Source of the DNA: a virus
Taxonomy: Duplodnaviria > Caudoviricetes
Direction: 5' to 3' (one strand)
IMG/VR virus record: IMGVR_UViG_3300028145_000042
Location: 1 to 26,563 of that record
Length of the DNA: 26,563 nt
The first letter of the stretch is position 1. The number at the start of each line of letters is the position of its first letter. This document shows, piece by piece, positions 9,407 through 18,908 of the stretch. A program made the translations under genes and the position numbers. The notes beneath the pieces were generated by a model, which had not been told where the DNA came from, did no database searches, and saw only the letters and a list, made by a program, of their open reading frames with translations.

Positions 9407-10062
9407 CCTGCGTATTGCGTTCTGGAGGGGGTTACGACTGCTCTTGGGCTGAGAAAATCAAGGCTATGGCGGCGAGGAACCTGACCATACCCCATAAATT
9501 CGCCTGTCTCTCTGACCTGAAAGACGCTCCAGACCGCATACCGCTTCCCCATAATTGGGTAGGGTGGTGGGCAAAATTGGCCTTATTTGCTCCTGACTTG
9601 ATTGAACCGCCCTATCTTTACTTCGACCTTGACACCGTGATTTGCGGCAATTTCGACAAATTGACTCAGATTCCGGTCGATTTCGGCATGTGCCGCAACT
9701 TCAATAACCCTGAAATGGTCAATTCCAGCGTGATGCTGTTCAACAAAGTGCCGACTCAGGTCTATGAGAAGTTCGCCAAGCAGCCTGACGCCTATATTCA
9801 CCACTACAACCGCATCGCAAACGAGACCTATGTAGGCGATCAGGCGTTCATTTGGGACGCCCTGCACCGTAAGGTTGACTTGCTAACAGATTCGTTTAAG
9901 GGTATATATTCGTACAAGCGGCACTGTACGCGCCGTTTACCATTGGACACGGCGATCGTGTGCTTTCACGGCCATCCAAAACCCTTGCACGTTTCAGACG
10001 AGTGGGTTAAGGAGCACTGGCATGACGATAAGCACGTATGCAAAAAAACGGTCAGCAGCTAA
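9394..10062 (+). CDS. GT-A glycosyltransferase (GT8-like phage family)
   Basis: GWWAKLALF, YFDLDTVI (DxD), NSSVM, GDQ and VCFHGHPKP motifs. Confidence 0.75.
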   Translation: MVTIACVLRSGGGYDCSWAEKIKAMAARNLTIPHKFACLSDLKDAPDRIPLPHNWVGWWAKLALFAPDLIEPPYLYFDLDTVICGNFDKLTQIPVDFGMCRNFNNPEMVNSSVMLFNKVPTQVYEKFAKQPDAYIHHYNRIANETYVGDQAFIWDALHRKVDLLTDSFKGIYSYKRHCTRRLPLDTAIVCFHGHPKPLHVSDEWVKEHWHDDKHVCKKTVSS

Positions 10063-10612
10063 ATCTCTAGGGGCCAAAAGATATTTTACTGGAAAGCCGT
10101 GCAAACAGGGGCATATATCTACTAGATTTACATGTTCAGGGACATGTTGTGAGTGCCTATTTATCCGCTCAAATACCCCGGAAGCCAAGATACAAAAATA
10201 TAAAATAGCTTCTCTGAGGATTAAAAATAATAAAGAAAAATATAACAAGAAAGCTAGAGACTGGAGAAATAAAAATCCAGATAAAGTGCGCGCTATATTG
10301 CAAAGATACCGGGCATCTGAAAATGGCAAACAAGTATATCGAGGATGCAGTCGTTCCTATGCAATAAAGTTCCCTCAGCGTAGAGCGGCTAATGAAAATG
10401 CGCGCAGGGCTATAAAAATTAACGCCATGCCCGCATGGGCAGACAAAGAAAAAATATCAGAATTCTATAAAAATAGACCCCATGGATATCATGTAGATCA
10501 TGTAATCCCTTTAGTAAATTCTAAGGTATGCGGACTTCATGTTATTGAAAATCTTCAATACCTGAAGCCTGTAGATAACTTTAGAAAACACAATAAATTT
10601 GAGATTTCCTAA
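10022..10612 (+). CDS. HNH homing endonuclease
   Basis: N-terminal YFTGKPCKQGH...C..C zinc motif; C-terminal HVDHVIPL...CGLHV..NLQ...N..KHN. Visibly AT-richer than its flanks. Confidence 0.85.
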   Translation: MTISTYAKKRSAAKSLGAKRYFTGKPCKQGHISTRFTCSGTCCECLFIRSNTPEAKIQKYKIASLRIKNNKEKYNKKARDWRNKNPDKVRAILQRYRASENGKQVYRGCSRSYAIKFPQRRAANENARRAIKINAMPAWADKEKISEFYKNRPHGYHVDHVIPLVNSKVCGLHVIENLQYLKPVDNFRKHNKFEIS

Positions 10613-11226
10613 TGGCTATTACAACTTATAGCCAATTGGAGACCGCGGTATCTAGCTGGCTAGATATTAATTCTGGAGACATATCGAGCCAAATAGCCGA
10701 TATTGTAATGCTCGCGGAACAGCGGATTCTGCGGGAAGCCAGAACCAAAGATAACGAAGCTACCCTTGCGCTGACCATCGGCGCGACTGGTGTTGCAGCG
10801 CTCCCCGCTGACTATGTAGCCCTAAAGTTCTGCTATATCACGACCAGCCCTTCATATGCGCTGGAAAGGCGTTCGGCTGAATGGATTTACTCCGAGTACC
10901 CTGCTCGGACATCTTCAGGGATGCCAAAGTTTATAGCAAGGGAAGGCTCTAACTTCATCTTTGGCCCCTACCCGGACTCTGGCTATTCGATAGCGGGCGT
11001 TTATTACAAGACGCTCGGCCCGCTGTCCAGCGCGGTCTATAACTTGTTCACCAACAATCCTGACCTCTATCTATTCGGCTGTTTGGCTGAAGCTGAGTTA
11101 ATCATCGGGCGCGACCCGCGTGTAGCGATATGGGAGTCGAAGTACCAAAGGATTCTGTCGGACGTAAATGGCTTCTCCAAGGCTGAAGATAACTCCGGTA
11201 GCACTTTGAGGATGCGCCTTGGATGA
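10612..11226 (+). CDS. Podovirus head-tail adaptor protein
   Basis: MAITTYSQL..AV..WL, AEQRI.R, P.PDS.Y and PDLYL.G.L.EA patterns; located before the nozzle gene. Confidence 0.7.
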   Translation: MAITTYSQLETAVSSWLDINSGDISSQIADIVMLAEQRILREARTKDNEATLALTIGATGVAALPADYVALKFCYITTSPSYALERRSAEWIYSEYPARTSSGMPKFIAREGSNFIFGPYPDSGYSIAGVYYKTLGPLSSAVYNLFTNNPDLYLFGCLAEAELIIGRDPRVAIWESKYQRILSDVNGFSKAEDNSGSTLRMRLG

Positions 11227-11789
11227 GCCTATTCCGGCTTGACCTAGTAAACACCATTGGAGCGCGTGATACCTCTACAGACCGCGACGAGAAAATAGTC
11301 AATGGGTATGCTGAGATTGATTCTCAACGACACGCTGTTAAACGTCCCGCGATGGTTGGGGCATATACAGCTATTCCCGGCCATAGCTCGGCTAGTTTCA
11401 TGGGGCAAGGTCTATTTAGTTGGGGTTCTGCAACGGCTTTATCATCCGCATCTTCTGGTAACTCAGGCGGCTTCGTTGCTATCCGTGGCGATACGTTGGA
11501 TACCAGCCCTTCCAAGCGCCGTTCTTATTGCCTGTTCACGGTTCAACCCTCAAGCACTGGCCCCGGCTTGGCTATGTCGCCACCCCCTGTCGTTAAAGTT
11601 TACGACGCAATGGGGAACGTCTTAACCAACTACAGCGGCAACGTGACCATCACTCTAGGCCCAAGCAATCCGAATAACGGTCTGTTATCAGGAACGACCA
11701 CGGTAGCCGCATCTTCAGGTGTTGCGACATTCAGCAACCTGATTATTGACCGGATTGGTTCCTACACTTTCATAGCGACTGCCGCATGA
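11223..11789 (+). CDS. Virion protein: N-terminal segment of a gp10-like nozzle fused to an Ig-like domain
   Basis: RDTSTDRDEKIVNGYAE...KRP resembles the start of packaged-DNA stabilization proteins. From 11532, LFTVQP...VYDAMGN...GVATFSNL.ID..G.YT is an Ig-like motif. Confidence 0.55.
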   Translation: MSLFRLDLVNTIGARDTSTDRDEKIVNGYAEIDSQRHAVKRPAMVGAYTAIPGHSSASFMGQGLFSWGSATALSSASSGNSGGFVAIRGDTLDTSPSKRRSYCLFTVQPSSTGPGLAMSPPPVVKVYDAMGNVLTNYSGNVTITLGPSNPNNGLLSGTTTVAASSGVATFSNLIIDRIGSYTFIATAA

Positions 11790-12448
11790 GTATCAGCAAG
11801 AAAAGCAATTCTTTCTCATGTGAGGCGTTCTTGGCTTTCACCAGTCAACCCGCTGGTGGCCCGATAAACACGCCATTTAGCGCGGTAGTTACTGTGCAGG
11901 ATACGCATGGCGCAACCATCACGGGTTATACCGGGAACGTAACAATATCGAAGGCTTCCGGCACAGGCACCTTATCAGGAACATTGACGGTTGCTGCCGT
12001 TGCTGGCGTTGCAACATTTAGCAATCTGTCAATTGACACGGCTGGATTCTTCACTCTTTCAGCCGCTTCTACAGACCCGACAACTTCAACTGTTTTAACA
12101 GCAGTTACCAGCAGTTCATTTGCGGTGGGGCTATGGACTTTAACAGCGGATTCTATATCCGGTGGTGATATATTTGGGATGAATTTTGCGTTAGGGTCTA
12201 TTTCTCCGACGACCTACAGCGGAAGCACAATCCAATTACTCGCCAATCAAGTTTCTACATCTAAGCTATGGATTCAAATTCAGGGTGTCCATGCACAAAG
12301 TTTCTTTACCTCTATAACCGTGAACGGAACCACCCTGACTTCCGCAAGCGCCACTACATTCACTAATGGCACAAATAGTTATTGGGAATGGACAGGACAG
12401 GCTGGCGTAATCCCATCTATAGGCTCTTACACAGTAGCGTTCGCATGA
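11786..12448 (+). CDS. Virion protein with an Ig-like domain and beta-rich C-terminal domain
   Basis: LAFTSQP...VQD..G...GVATFSNLSIDTAG; Ser/Thr/Gly-rich; ATGA overlaps at both ends. Confidence 0.6.
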   Translation: MSISKKSNSFSCEAFLAFTSQPAGGPINTPFSAVVTVQDTHGATITGYTGNVTISKASGTGTLSGTLTVAAVAGVATFSNLSIDTAGFFTLSAASTDPTTSTVLTAVTSSSFAVGLWTLTADSISGGDIFGMNFALGSISPTTYSGSTIQLLANQVSTSKLWIQIQGVHAQSFFTSITVNGTTLTSASATTFTNGTNSYWEWTGQAGVIPSIGSYTVAFA

Positions 12449-13818
12449 CCACATACTCAATAAGCACGCCTCCCGGTGGGCTTCGCTATCAAGCGAAGCA
12501 AGAGCTTAACGGCGGAGCTTTGTTCGTCAAGAACTCAAGCATCGCTTATCGCCTTACCTCCAGTGGATTCACTCAAATAACCGATGTTGATTACCCCAAG
12601 TCAACCGTATGGGGAGTGGTTTACCTAGACGGATATATGTTCGTTCAGGAGTCCTCCAGCGGCAGGATTTATAACTCCGACTCCCTTGATTCAACGTCGT
12701 GGGGCGCGTTGAATTACATCGTCCCTGAGAAAGAGCCTAGCTTGGCAGTAGCGATAGCCAAGTCGCTTAATTACTTGGTCGCGTTTAAGTCATGGGACAC
12801 GGAGTTTTACTATGACGCTGGTAACGCCGCTCCCGGCTCGCCACTTTCTACCGTGGACAGTTCGTACCTGAAACTCGGATGTGCTTCTGCTGACAGCATA
12901 ATTGAGTTTGATGGTGGAATTGTGTTTATGTCCAAGCGGGACAATAATCAGAGAAGCCGCGAGATTCATGTTCTCAATGGACTGACTCCGAAGAAAATCA
13001 GCACACCGGAAATAGAGAGGCTGATTAACGGCGACGACCTTTCGACGCTCTACGCTCTTTATCTCAGCACGGCGGGGCATCAGTTCTACGTCTTGACTCT
13101 AAAGACTCTTGGCATAACCATCGTCTATGACTTTAACAACGGCGAATGGTATCAATGGACGATGCTTACGGCTGCAACTGCTCAGTCTGTTAGTGCAAGC
13201 AATCTGACTAGCTCCAGTGGCATAGCAACTTGCACTATTACCGCGCACGGATTCTCCGATGGAGATACGGTAACTGTCGCAGGAGCAAATCAGTCTCAAT
13301 ATAACGGCGACCAAGTAGTAACTATTTCTGACGCAAACACATTCACCTATCCGATAGACGATACGCCTGTCAGTCCAGCTACAGGAACGATTACCGCGAC
13401 AGGATATACGGAGAGTTATTTCGCTTTCGTGTCATATGCTCAGTTCGCTAATGTTGACTTGGTTCAGCATGAGACTAACGGCATTATCTACGCTCTTGCG
13501 CCTTCGCTATTCAAGGATGATGGGACACCAATTCAATTCGTTCTGCATACTCAGAATTGGGACAACGGGAATAACTATCGAAAGACTGTAAACTCAGTTC
13601 GGCTTGTTGGCGACAAAGTAACCGGGACTGGATATATTCGTTATTCCGATGACGACTCACTGACAAACTCATCCTACAGACCGATTGACTTGAGCGTTCA
13701 ATCAGCGGCTATGTGGCGAATGGGGCAGACTCGGCGTAGGAATTACGATGTTAAATACATAGACGATACGGCAGTTCGTTTTGAAGCAATAGAGCAATTC
13801 TTTACACAGGATCAATAA
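12445..13818 (+). CDS. Packaged DNA stabilization / tail nozzle protein (P22 gp10-like), main body
   Basis: YLDGY, TEFYYDAG, GCAS..S, KISTPEIER, GHQFYVLT, YD....W and YSDD...R.G..RRR motifs. Start moved to ATG 12445 (ATGA overlap). Confidence 0.7.
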   Translation: MTTYSISTPPGGLRYQAKQELNGGALFVKNSSIAYRLTSSGFTQITDVDYPKSTVWGVVYLDGYMFVQESSSGRIYNSDSLDSTSWGALNYIVPEKEPSLAVAIAKSLNYLVAFKSWDTEFYYDAGNAAPGSPLSTVDSSYLKLGCASADSIIEFDGGIVFMSKRDNNQRSREIHVLNGLTPKKISTPEIERLINGDDLSTLYALYLSTAGHQFYVLTLKTLGITIVYDFNNGEWYQWTMLTAATAQSVSASNLTSSSGIATCTITAHGFSDGDTVTVAGANQSQYNGDQVVTISDANTFTYPIDDTPVSPATGTITATGYTESYFAFVSYAQFANVDLVQHETNGIIYALAPSLFKDDGTPIQFVLHTQNWDNGNNYRKTVNSVRLVGDKVTGTGYIRYSDDDSLTNSSYRPIDLSVQSAAMWRMGQTRRRNYDVKYIDDTAVRFEAIEQFFTQDQ

Positions 13819-13820
13819 TC

Positions 13821-14666
13821 ATGGCTGACTATACTTTTGGATACGGCGGCTCACCCGGAGACTACCTTTATGGTGGGAATGACCAACTAGCCAACCTCTC
13901 CCGACAGCAAGCAAGCCAGTCTCTTGGATATGGCGATGTTGCCGCAGGGTATGCAGACCCCGTTCGCGCACAGCGAGGTCAGTATCAGGAAATGCTGAAA
14001 AATCTCCTGACTAATCCTAATGGCGCTTTGTCCAATGACCCTACTCTGAAATTCCTCCAGAACCAAGGGGCGGCAGCAGTAAATGCTCGCAACGCTGCTA
14101 CCGGAAATCTTCTAAGCGGCGGTGGGCAAGTGGCCTTACAGGACAGGGCGCAGGGAATAGCTGCTTCCTACATTCCTCAGTTAGCCGGTCTCTACGGGCA
14201 GTTCGGTGGATTCAACACAAGTAATCCCGGTGCTGCTGGAAGGTCTTACGCTGAATTTGCTGCGCGCTCGCAAAATCAGAATCAACAAGCGTTAGCACAA
14301 CGTAATGCTCCTACTGGTGGAACTGGATTGCCAAGCGGAGGAGGCGCAGGATCCTTCGGCGGTGGTTCTTCGCCAGCATATAGCCCGCCTGTCAGTAGCC
14401 CAAGCGGAACTTCATCTAATTTCGTTCCTTATACCGGAACCAATGGCACTGGTTATTTCAATTCCGATGGACAATATGTGCCTAGCGGCCAATATGATTC
14501 TGGTAACGGATATATCCAGCGAACTGACGGTGATACACAAAGTTCAGGATGGGGCAATATCTCAAGCGGGGACGCTGGTAACTATCTAGGAAATCAGTCA
14601 TATCAAAATTATGATACGCCAGATTACGGTGGTAATTATGATTTTGGTTATGGAGATTGGGGTTAA
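13821..14666 (+). CDS. DNA ejection/transfer protein (P22 gp7-like)
   Basis: DP..F...QG..AV.A.NAATGNLLSG....ALQ..AQG.A motif; Gly/Gln-rich; position in the tail module. Confidence 0.55.
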   Translation: MADYTFGYGGSPGDYLYGGNDQLANLSRQQASQSLGYGDVAAGYADPVRAQRGQYQEMLKNLLTNPNGALSNDPTLKFLQNQGAAAVNARNAATGNLLSGGGQVALQDRAQGIAASYIPQLAGLYGQFGGFNTSNPGAAGRSYAEFAARSQNQNQQALAQRNAPTGGTGLPSGGGAGSFGGGSSPAYSPPVSSPSGTSSNFVPYTGTNGTGYFNSDGQYVPSGQYDSGNGYIQRTDGDTQSSGWGNISSGDAGNYLGNQSYQNYDTPDYGGNYDFGYGDWG

Positions 14667-14668
14667 TT

Positions 14669-15682
14669 ATGGCTATCGACACTCCATTAGACGGTTACGC
14701 TCTACTCCAACAATACCGGGCGCAAGAGCTTGCCGATGCTGCAAGGCGTCAGGCGATGGGTATTCAGGCCAATCAAGAGGGAAGGGCGGGAGCTTTGTTC
14801 CCTCTCCAGATGCAACATGGTGGCTTGCAGAATCAGGGATTGGCTAATCAGAATGCTCTATTCCCCCTGCAATCGCAGAAAGCCAATCTGGATATTCAGA
14901 AGGAATTGGAAGGATTAAGACGTGCCCAACAACAAAGGGGCGCTCTATCTGCGCTGACTAATCAGGGTGGTATGCCTGACCCCGGAAAAGTAGCGCAAGT
15001 GTTATTGGCTGGTGGAGATACCACTGGTGCTGCTCATTTCCTTAATCTTGCAAGACAATCCGGTTCGACTGTTCCTGCTGGCTATCGAAAGACTGCTACG
15101 GGACTCGAACCTATTCCGGGTGGCCCCGCTGATACCAAGATTCAGGGGCAATTGAATCAGGATACCGCCATGCTTGGCGAGAGTATGAACAGTATGGATA
15201 GACTCGCTGCTGAAGCGAACAGGCTTAAAGAGCATCCGGGGCTTGATAAAGCAACCGGGCTTATGAGTGCAGTTCCTTTGGCTGGCGGCTTTTTAACTGT
15301 GCCCGGAACGGACGCGGCTAACTTCAAGTCTGGATTGGGAACGCTTAAATCTCAGGTTGCATTCGGAACCTTGCAGAACATGCGTAACAACTCCAAGACC
15401 GGAGGCGCGTTAGGTCAGGTATCTAACATTGAAGAAAAGATGTTGATGGATAACCTCGCATCTCTGGACACAGCGCAATCTCCAGAGGAATACCGGAAAC
15501 GGCTGGATACAATAATCAACTATACGAGCGAAGCAAAAGATAGGCTGCGGGGCGCTTACAACATCAAGCATGGCAGCAAGGGGCAATCTTCAACTTCTGA
15601 AAAATACGAAGTAGGCAAGACATACACCGATGCCCAAGGCAACAAGGCGACCTATCTTGGCATGGGTAAGTGGAAGCAATAA
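14669..15682 (+). CDS. DNA ejection/internal virion protein (gp20-like)
   Basis: Q/A/G-rich helical protein with PAGYR....LEPIPGGPAD and GGALGQVS..E motifs; position. Confidence 0.5.
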   Translation: MAIDTPLDGYALLQQYRAQELADAARRQAMGIQANQEGRAGALFPLQMQHGGLQNQGLANQNALFPLQSQKANLDIQKELEGLRRAQQQRGALSALTNQGGMPDPGKVAQVLLAGGDTTGAAHFLNLARQSGSTVPAGYRKTATGLEPIPGGPADTKIQGQLNQDTAMLGESMNSMDRLAAEANRLKEHPGLDKATGLMSAVPLAGGFLTVPGTDAANFKSGLGTLKSQVAFGTLQNMRNNSKTGGALGQVSNIEEKMLMDNLASLDTAQSPEEYRKRLDTIINYTSEAKDRLRGAYNIKHGSKGQSSTSEKYEVGKTYTDAQGNKATYLGMGKWKQ

Positions 15683-17484
15683 TGGCATTCGATCCGGCAA
15701 CCGCTAAACTTTCAGAGTTCGACCCCTCCAGCGCGAAGCTGGTAGAGGACGCTCCTAAGAAAGAATTGAAGGCGCTGACCAAGGAACCGTCTAACGCCAT
15801 AGATCGTTTCCTGATTGAGAAGTTATCTCAGCAACCCGGACTTGGATTGGTTCCTGATATTCAGGGTTCCAAGGGTGGCAGGTTTATTCAGGGCATGGCT
15901 GATTTACCAGTAGGGGCGATGCAGCTCGGGATGAATTTGGTAGGCGCTGGCGACAAAATAAATCCTCAGTTGAAAGACATTAACGCCCGCACTGAACAAC
16001 TACGTGGCCCTAATGCTGGTTTCGACTGGATGCGGTTAGGCGGGAATATGCTTAATCCTGCCACTATCGGGATATTGAGCAAAGTCCCTATGGCCGCTGA
16101 CCGAATGGCTAAGATAGGTCAAGGCATTGGGATAGGAGCTGCGGCAGGCGCTTTAAGCCCCGTTACGACAGGGGACAACTTCGCGGCAGAGAAAGGCCAG
16201 CAAATAGCCTCTGGCGCTACCTTAGGGGGCATTATACCCGCCATAGCGCCATTAGTGACTATACCCGCCAAAGCCGGATACCACGGACTCATTGAGCCTT
16301 GGCTAAATCCTGCCGCTATCAAAGGCAGGGCTTATCTTGAAGCCGCAGGAACCAAGGCCAAGGATATTATTGATTTATTGCGAGAGAATAAGCAGATTGT
16401 TCCCGGTAGTCGTCCTACTGCTGGAGAAGCCGCTGTTCCTGCGGGAAGTGCTGAGTTCTCCGCTTTTGCCAAAGCCGCAGGAGAAACCAGACCTTCAGAT
16501 TATGTTGCTCGCGCTGATGAACAGAACGCGGCTCGCTTGGGACAGATTAGGACTGTTGGACAGACGCCTGAAGCATTAAGTAGCGCCGAATCTGCCCGCA
16601 AGGTAGCTACCGACCCTCTCTATGCGGCGACGAGGGAAGGGGCTACTCCTGTAGATACCACGGAAATAGTTAAAAATGTCAGAGATATTCTTACAAAGAA
16701 TCCGGGTAATCGTGAACTGGTAAGTGAGCTAACAAACGTCCAAAAAGGTCTAGTAGACGCCGAAGGTAACTTACGCACCAATCCGCAGGAAGTCGGTTCT
16801 GTCATAGACGGGCTTAAAGCATCAATTGCCAATAAAGATAATGCCTTTATAAAAGGTCGGCTGTCCCAAATAAAGGAACAACTTACCAAAGCAATTCCCG
16901 GATATACCGAAGCGCAGGCTAAGTTCTCTGAAATGAGCAAGCCCGTTAATCAAATGCAGGTCGGCCAATATCTTGAGGGGAAACTTATTCCGGCATTGTC
17001 GGAAGATGCCAAGCAAAAGGCTACCGTTTACTCAGGAGCATTGCGTGATGCTCCGGGAACGATAAAACGCGCTACTGGCTCTCCAAGATTCCAAGAATTA
17101 TCTCAGGTCTTGGACGAAAACCAACTAGCAGCGGTTAATTCTGTTCGTGATGACTTGGCCCGTGGAGCAAGATTTACTGACCTAGCTAGGGCTGGCGCTA
17201 AAGCCGCTCCCGACGCTGCTGGCCCTGTAGGAAACCATAAACTGACAGGCATGTTTAGCCGTGAAGTCACCATTGCAAACGCCATCATCGGAAGGCTTGA
17301 GGGCAAGATAAACAAAACTCTTGCTGCTGAAATAGCGGTAGAAATGCTCAACCCTCCGAAGGTCGCAGACTCGCTGGAGAAAGCCGCCGCTAATGCTGCT
17401 GCTAATAAAGTCAGGGCAGACAATCTAGCCAAATGGCTTAGATACGGAACCGCAAGCGGATTGGTGGCTGGCGAAAGAAAGTAA
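15682..17484 (+). CDS. Large DNA ejection/internal virion protein (gp16-like)
   Basis: Ala/Gly-rich with hydrophobic GxxxG stretches; third of three ejection-type genes; TAATG coupling. Confidence 0.5.
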   Translation: MAFDPATAKLSEFDPSSAKLVEDAPKKELKALTKEPSNAIDRFLIEKLSQQPGLGLVPDIQGSKGGRFIQGMADLPVGAMQLGMNLVGAGDKINPQLKDINARTEQLRGPNAGFDWMRLGGNMLNPATIGILSKVPMAADRMAKIGQGIGIGAAAGALSPVTTGDNFAAEKGQQIASGATLGGIIPAIAPLVTIPAKAGYHGLIEPWLNPAAIKGRAYLEAAGTKAKDIIDLLRENKQIVPGSRPTAGEAAVPAGSAEFSAFAKAAGETRPSDYVARADEQNAARLGQIRTVGQTPEALSSAESARKVATDPLYAATREGATPVDTTEIVKNVRDILTKNPGNRELVSELTNVQKGLVDAEGNLRTNPQEVGSVIDGLKASIANKDNAFIKGRLSQIKEQLTKAIPGYTEAQAKFSEMSKPVNQMQVGQYLEGKLIPALSEDAKQKATVYSGALRDAPGTIKRATGSPRFQELSQVLDENQLAAVNSVRDDLARGARFTDLARAGAKAAPDAAGPVGNHKLTGMFSREVTIANAIIGRLEGKINKTLAAEIAVEMLNPPKVADSLEKAAANAAANKVRADNLAKWLRYGTASGLVAGERK

Positions 17485-18908
17485 TGCCAGTCCAGAACCT
17501 ACCGCCCGTCCCAAACACTCCTTTAGTCGCAGACCCCGCTTCTGACGCTATCTGGAAGCGTTGGCTATCGACTGCTTTCACTCGAATAGTCGCAGCAATG
17601 ACGGGGCCAGTCTCCGTAGTAACCGCAAACGGAGTATCAGGAAGTGTAGCCAATCCGACGACTACACCGGCGATTACATTAAGTTTGGGCGCGATTACTC
17701 CGACGAGTGTATCGACTGGTAATTTAACGTCCAGTTCGTTGACTGCTGGCAGAGTTACGTTTGCCGGGACAGCCGGGTTATTGTCGGATAATTCCAACAT
17801 GACTTGGAACAACACAACGCGAACATTCTCTATTGGGCCTGGAAATGGAACGCAGGGTGCATTTAATCAAATACTCGGATTAGACGGAGACCCCAATAGC
17901 GGTTCAGGATTTTTTGTAAATAACTATCCGTCTAATAAATATATAGGCTTCGGACAGGCCGCGACCTATGGATGGTTACAGAGTTTCGGTTCTGTAAATC
18001 TAGCTTTAAATCCTATTGGCAATCGAGTTGTAGTTGGTGGCGGTTCTGATAATGGAACTGATTTGCTGCAAGTCACTGGCACTGCTGGCTCTATTTACTG
18101 CACTTCTGCAAGCGTTCCATTGACCACTAATACCACCGCTTCTGGCACTAACGTAAAGACCGGATTACTTCAAAGGAATGGCAATGAGGTAATGTCATTT
18201 CGATACAACACCAGCACGAATGATTCATCAATTTATTTCGCTCAGACTGCTGCCAAAATCAGTGAAGTAAGCTCTACTGGTGTGTTCAAATTTGACCTTG
18301 GTTTTAGTATTCCAGACTTAGCCAAGATCGCAGATGCAAATGCAACGAATACAAACTATATCCAGATGGCGAGCACCGCGGGGGCAAATAATGTCCCCTC
18401 TACATTATTTTCTGGATTTCAGGGGAGCAACGACGGAAATCCATGTTTTAGATTTTGGGATCAGTCAACCAATGCGGGCAATAGATCATTCGGCGTTGGA
18501 ACGGGAGGAACATACGCCGACCTATTCGTAATAATGCAGGGTGGTCAAGTTATTGTTAATGGCGCATCCTCAAAGACTATTGGAAACGCCAACCAGCTTC
18601 AAGTCCAAGGCACCACAGCCGCCACAAACTCCATTGGTATCTCCGCATGGTCAGCCGATGCTCTAGGCGCACGCTTGGAGATGGGCAAGTCACGCGGCGC
18701 AGCGATTGGCACGAATACGATTGTGCAGAACGGTGATGTGCTTGGCGGCAGATATGACTACGGCGCGAATGGTTCAGGATTCACATTGGGAGGCTCGATT
18801 GAAGCTGTTTGTTCTGGAACTCCCGGCGCATCCAATGACATGCCGACTGATTATGTCATTAAGACTACGCCAGATGGGTCTGGAACGCCGACTGAGGGAT
18901 ACGGGTAA
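17484..18908 (+). CDS. Tail fibre / receptor-binding protein, 5' part (continues after a -1 frameshift)
   Basis: VANPTTTPAITL repeat, Gly/Thr/Asn-rich beta segments and a KSRG....TIVQNGD.LG...T.PDG...PTE module typical of phage fibres. Confidence 0.7.
   Translation: MPVQNLPPVPNTPLVADPASDAIWKRWLSTAFTRIVAAMTGPVSVVTANGVSGSVANPTTTPAITLSLGAITPTSVSTGNLTSSSLTAGRVTFAGTAGLLSDNSNMTWNNTTRTFSIGPGNGTQGAFNQILGLDGDPNSGSGFFVNNYPSNKYIGFGQAATYGWLQSFGSVNLALNPIGNRVVVGGGSDNGTDLLQVTGTAGSIYCTSASVPLTTNTTASGTNVKTGLLQRNGNEVMSFRYNTSTNDSSIYFAQTAAKISEVSSTGVFKFDLGFSIPDLAKIADANATNTNYIQMASTAGANNVPSTLFSGFQGSNDGNPCFRFWDQSTNAGNRSFGVGTGGTYADLFVIMQGGQVIVNGASSKTIGNANQLQVQGTTAATNSIGISAWSADALGARLEMGKSRGAAIGTNTIVQNGDVLGGRYDYGANGSGFTLGGSIEAVCSGTPGASNDMPTDYVIKTTPDGSGTPTEGYG

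Noticed and set aside
1-10062. Host chromosomal O-antigen locus flanking a prophage
   Set aside because: No wzx/wzy/ABC export or manB/manC genes, no att or integrase boundary, phage-type GTs, and continuous coupling into virion genes.
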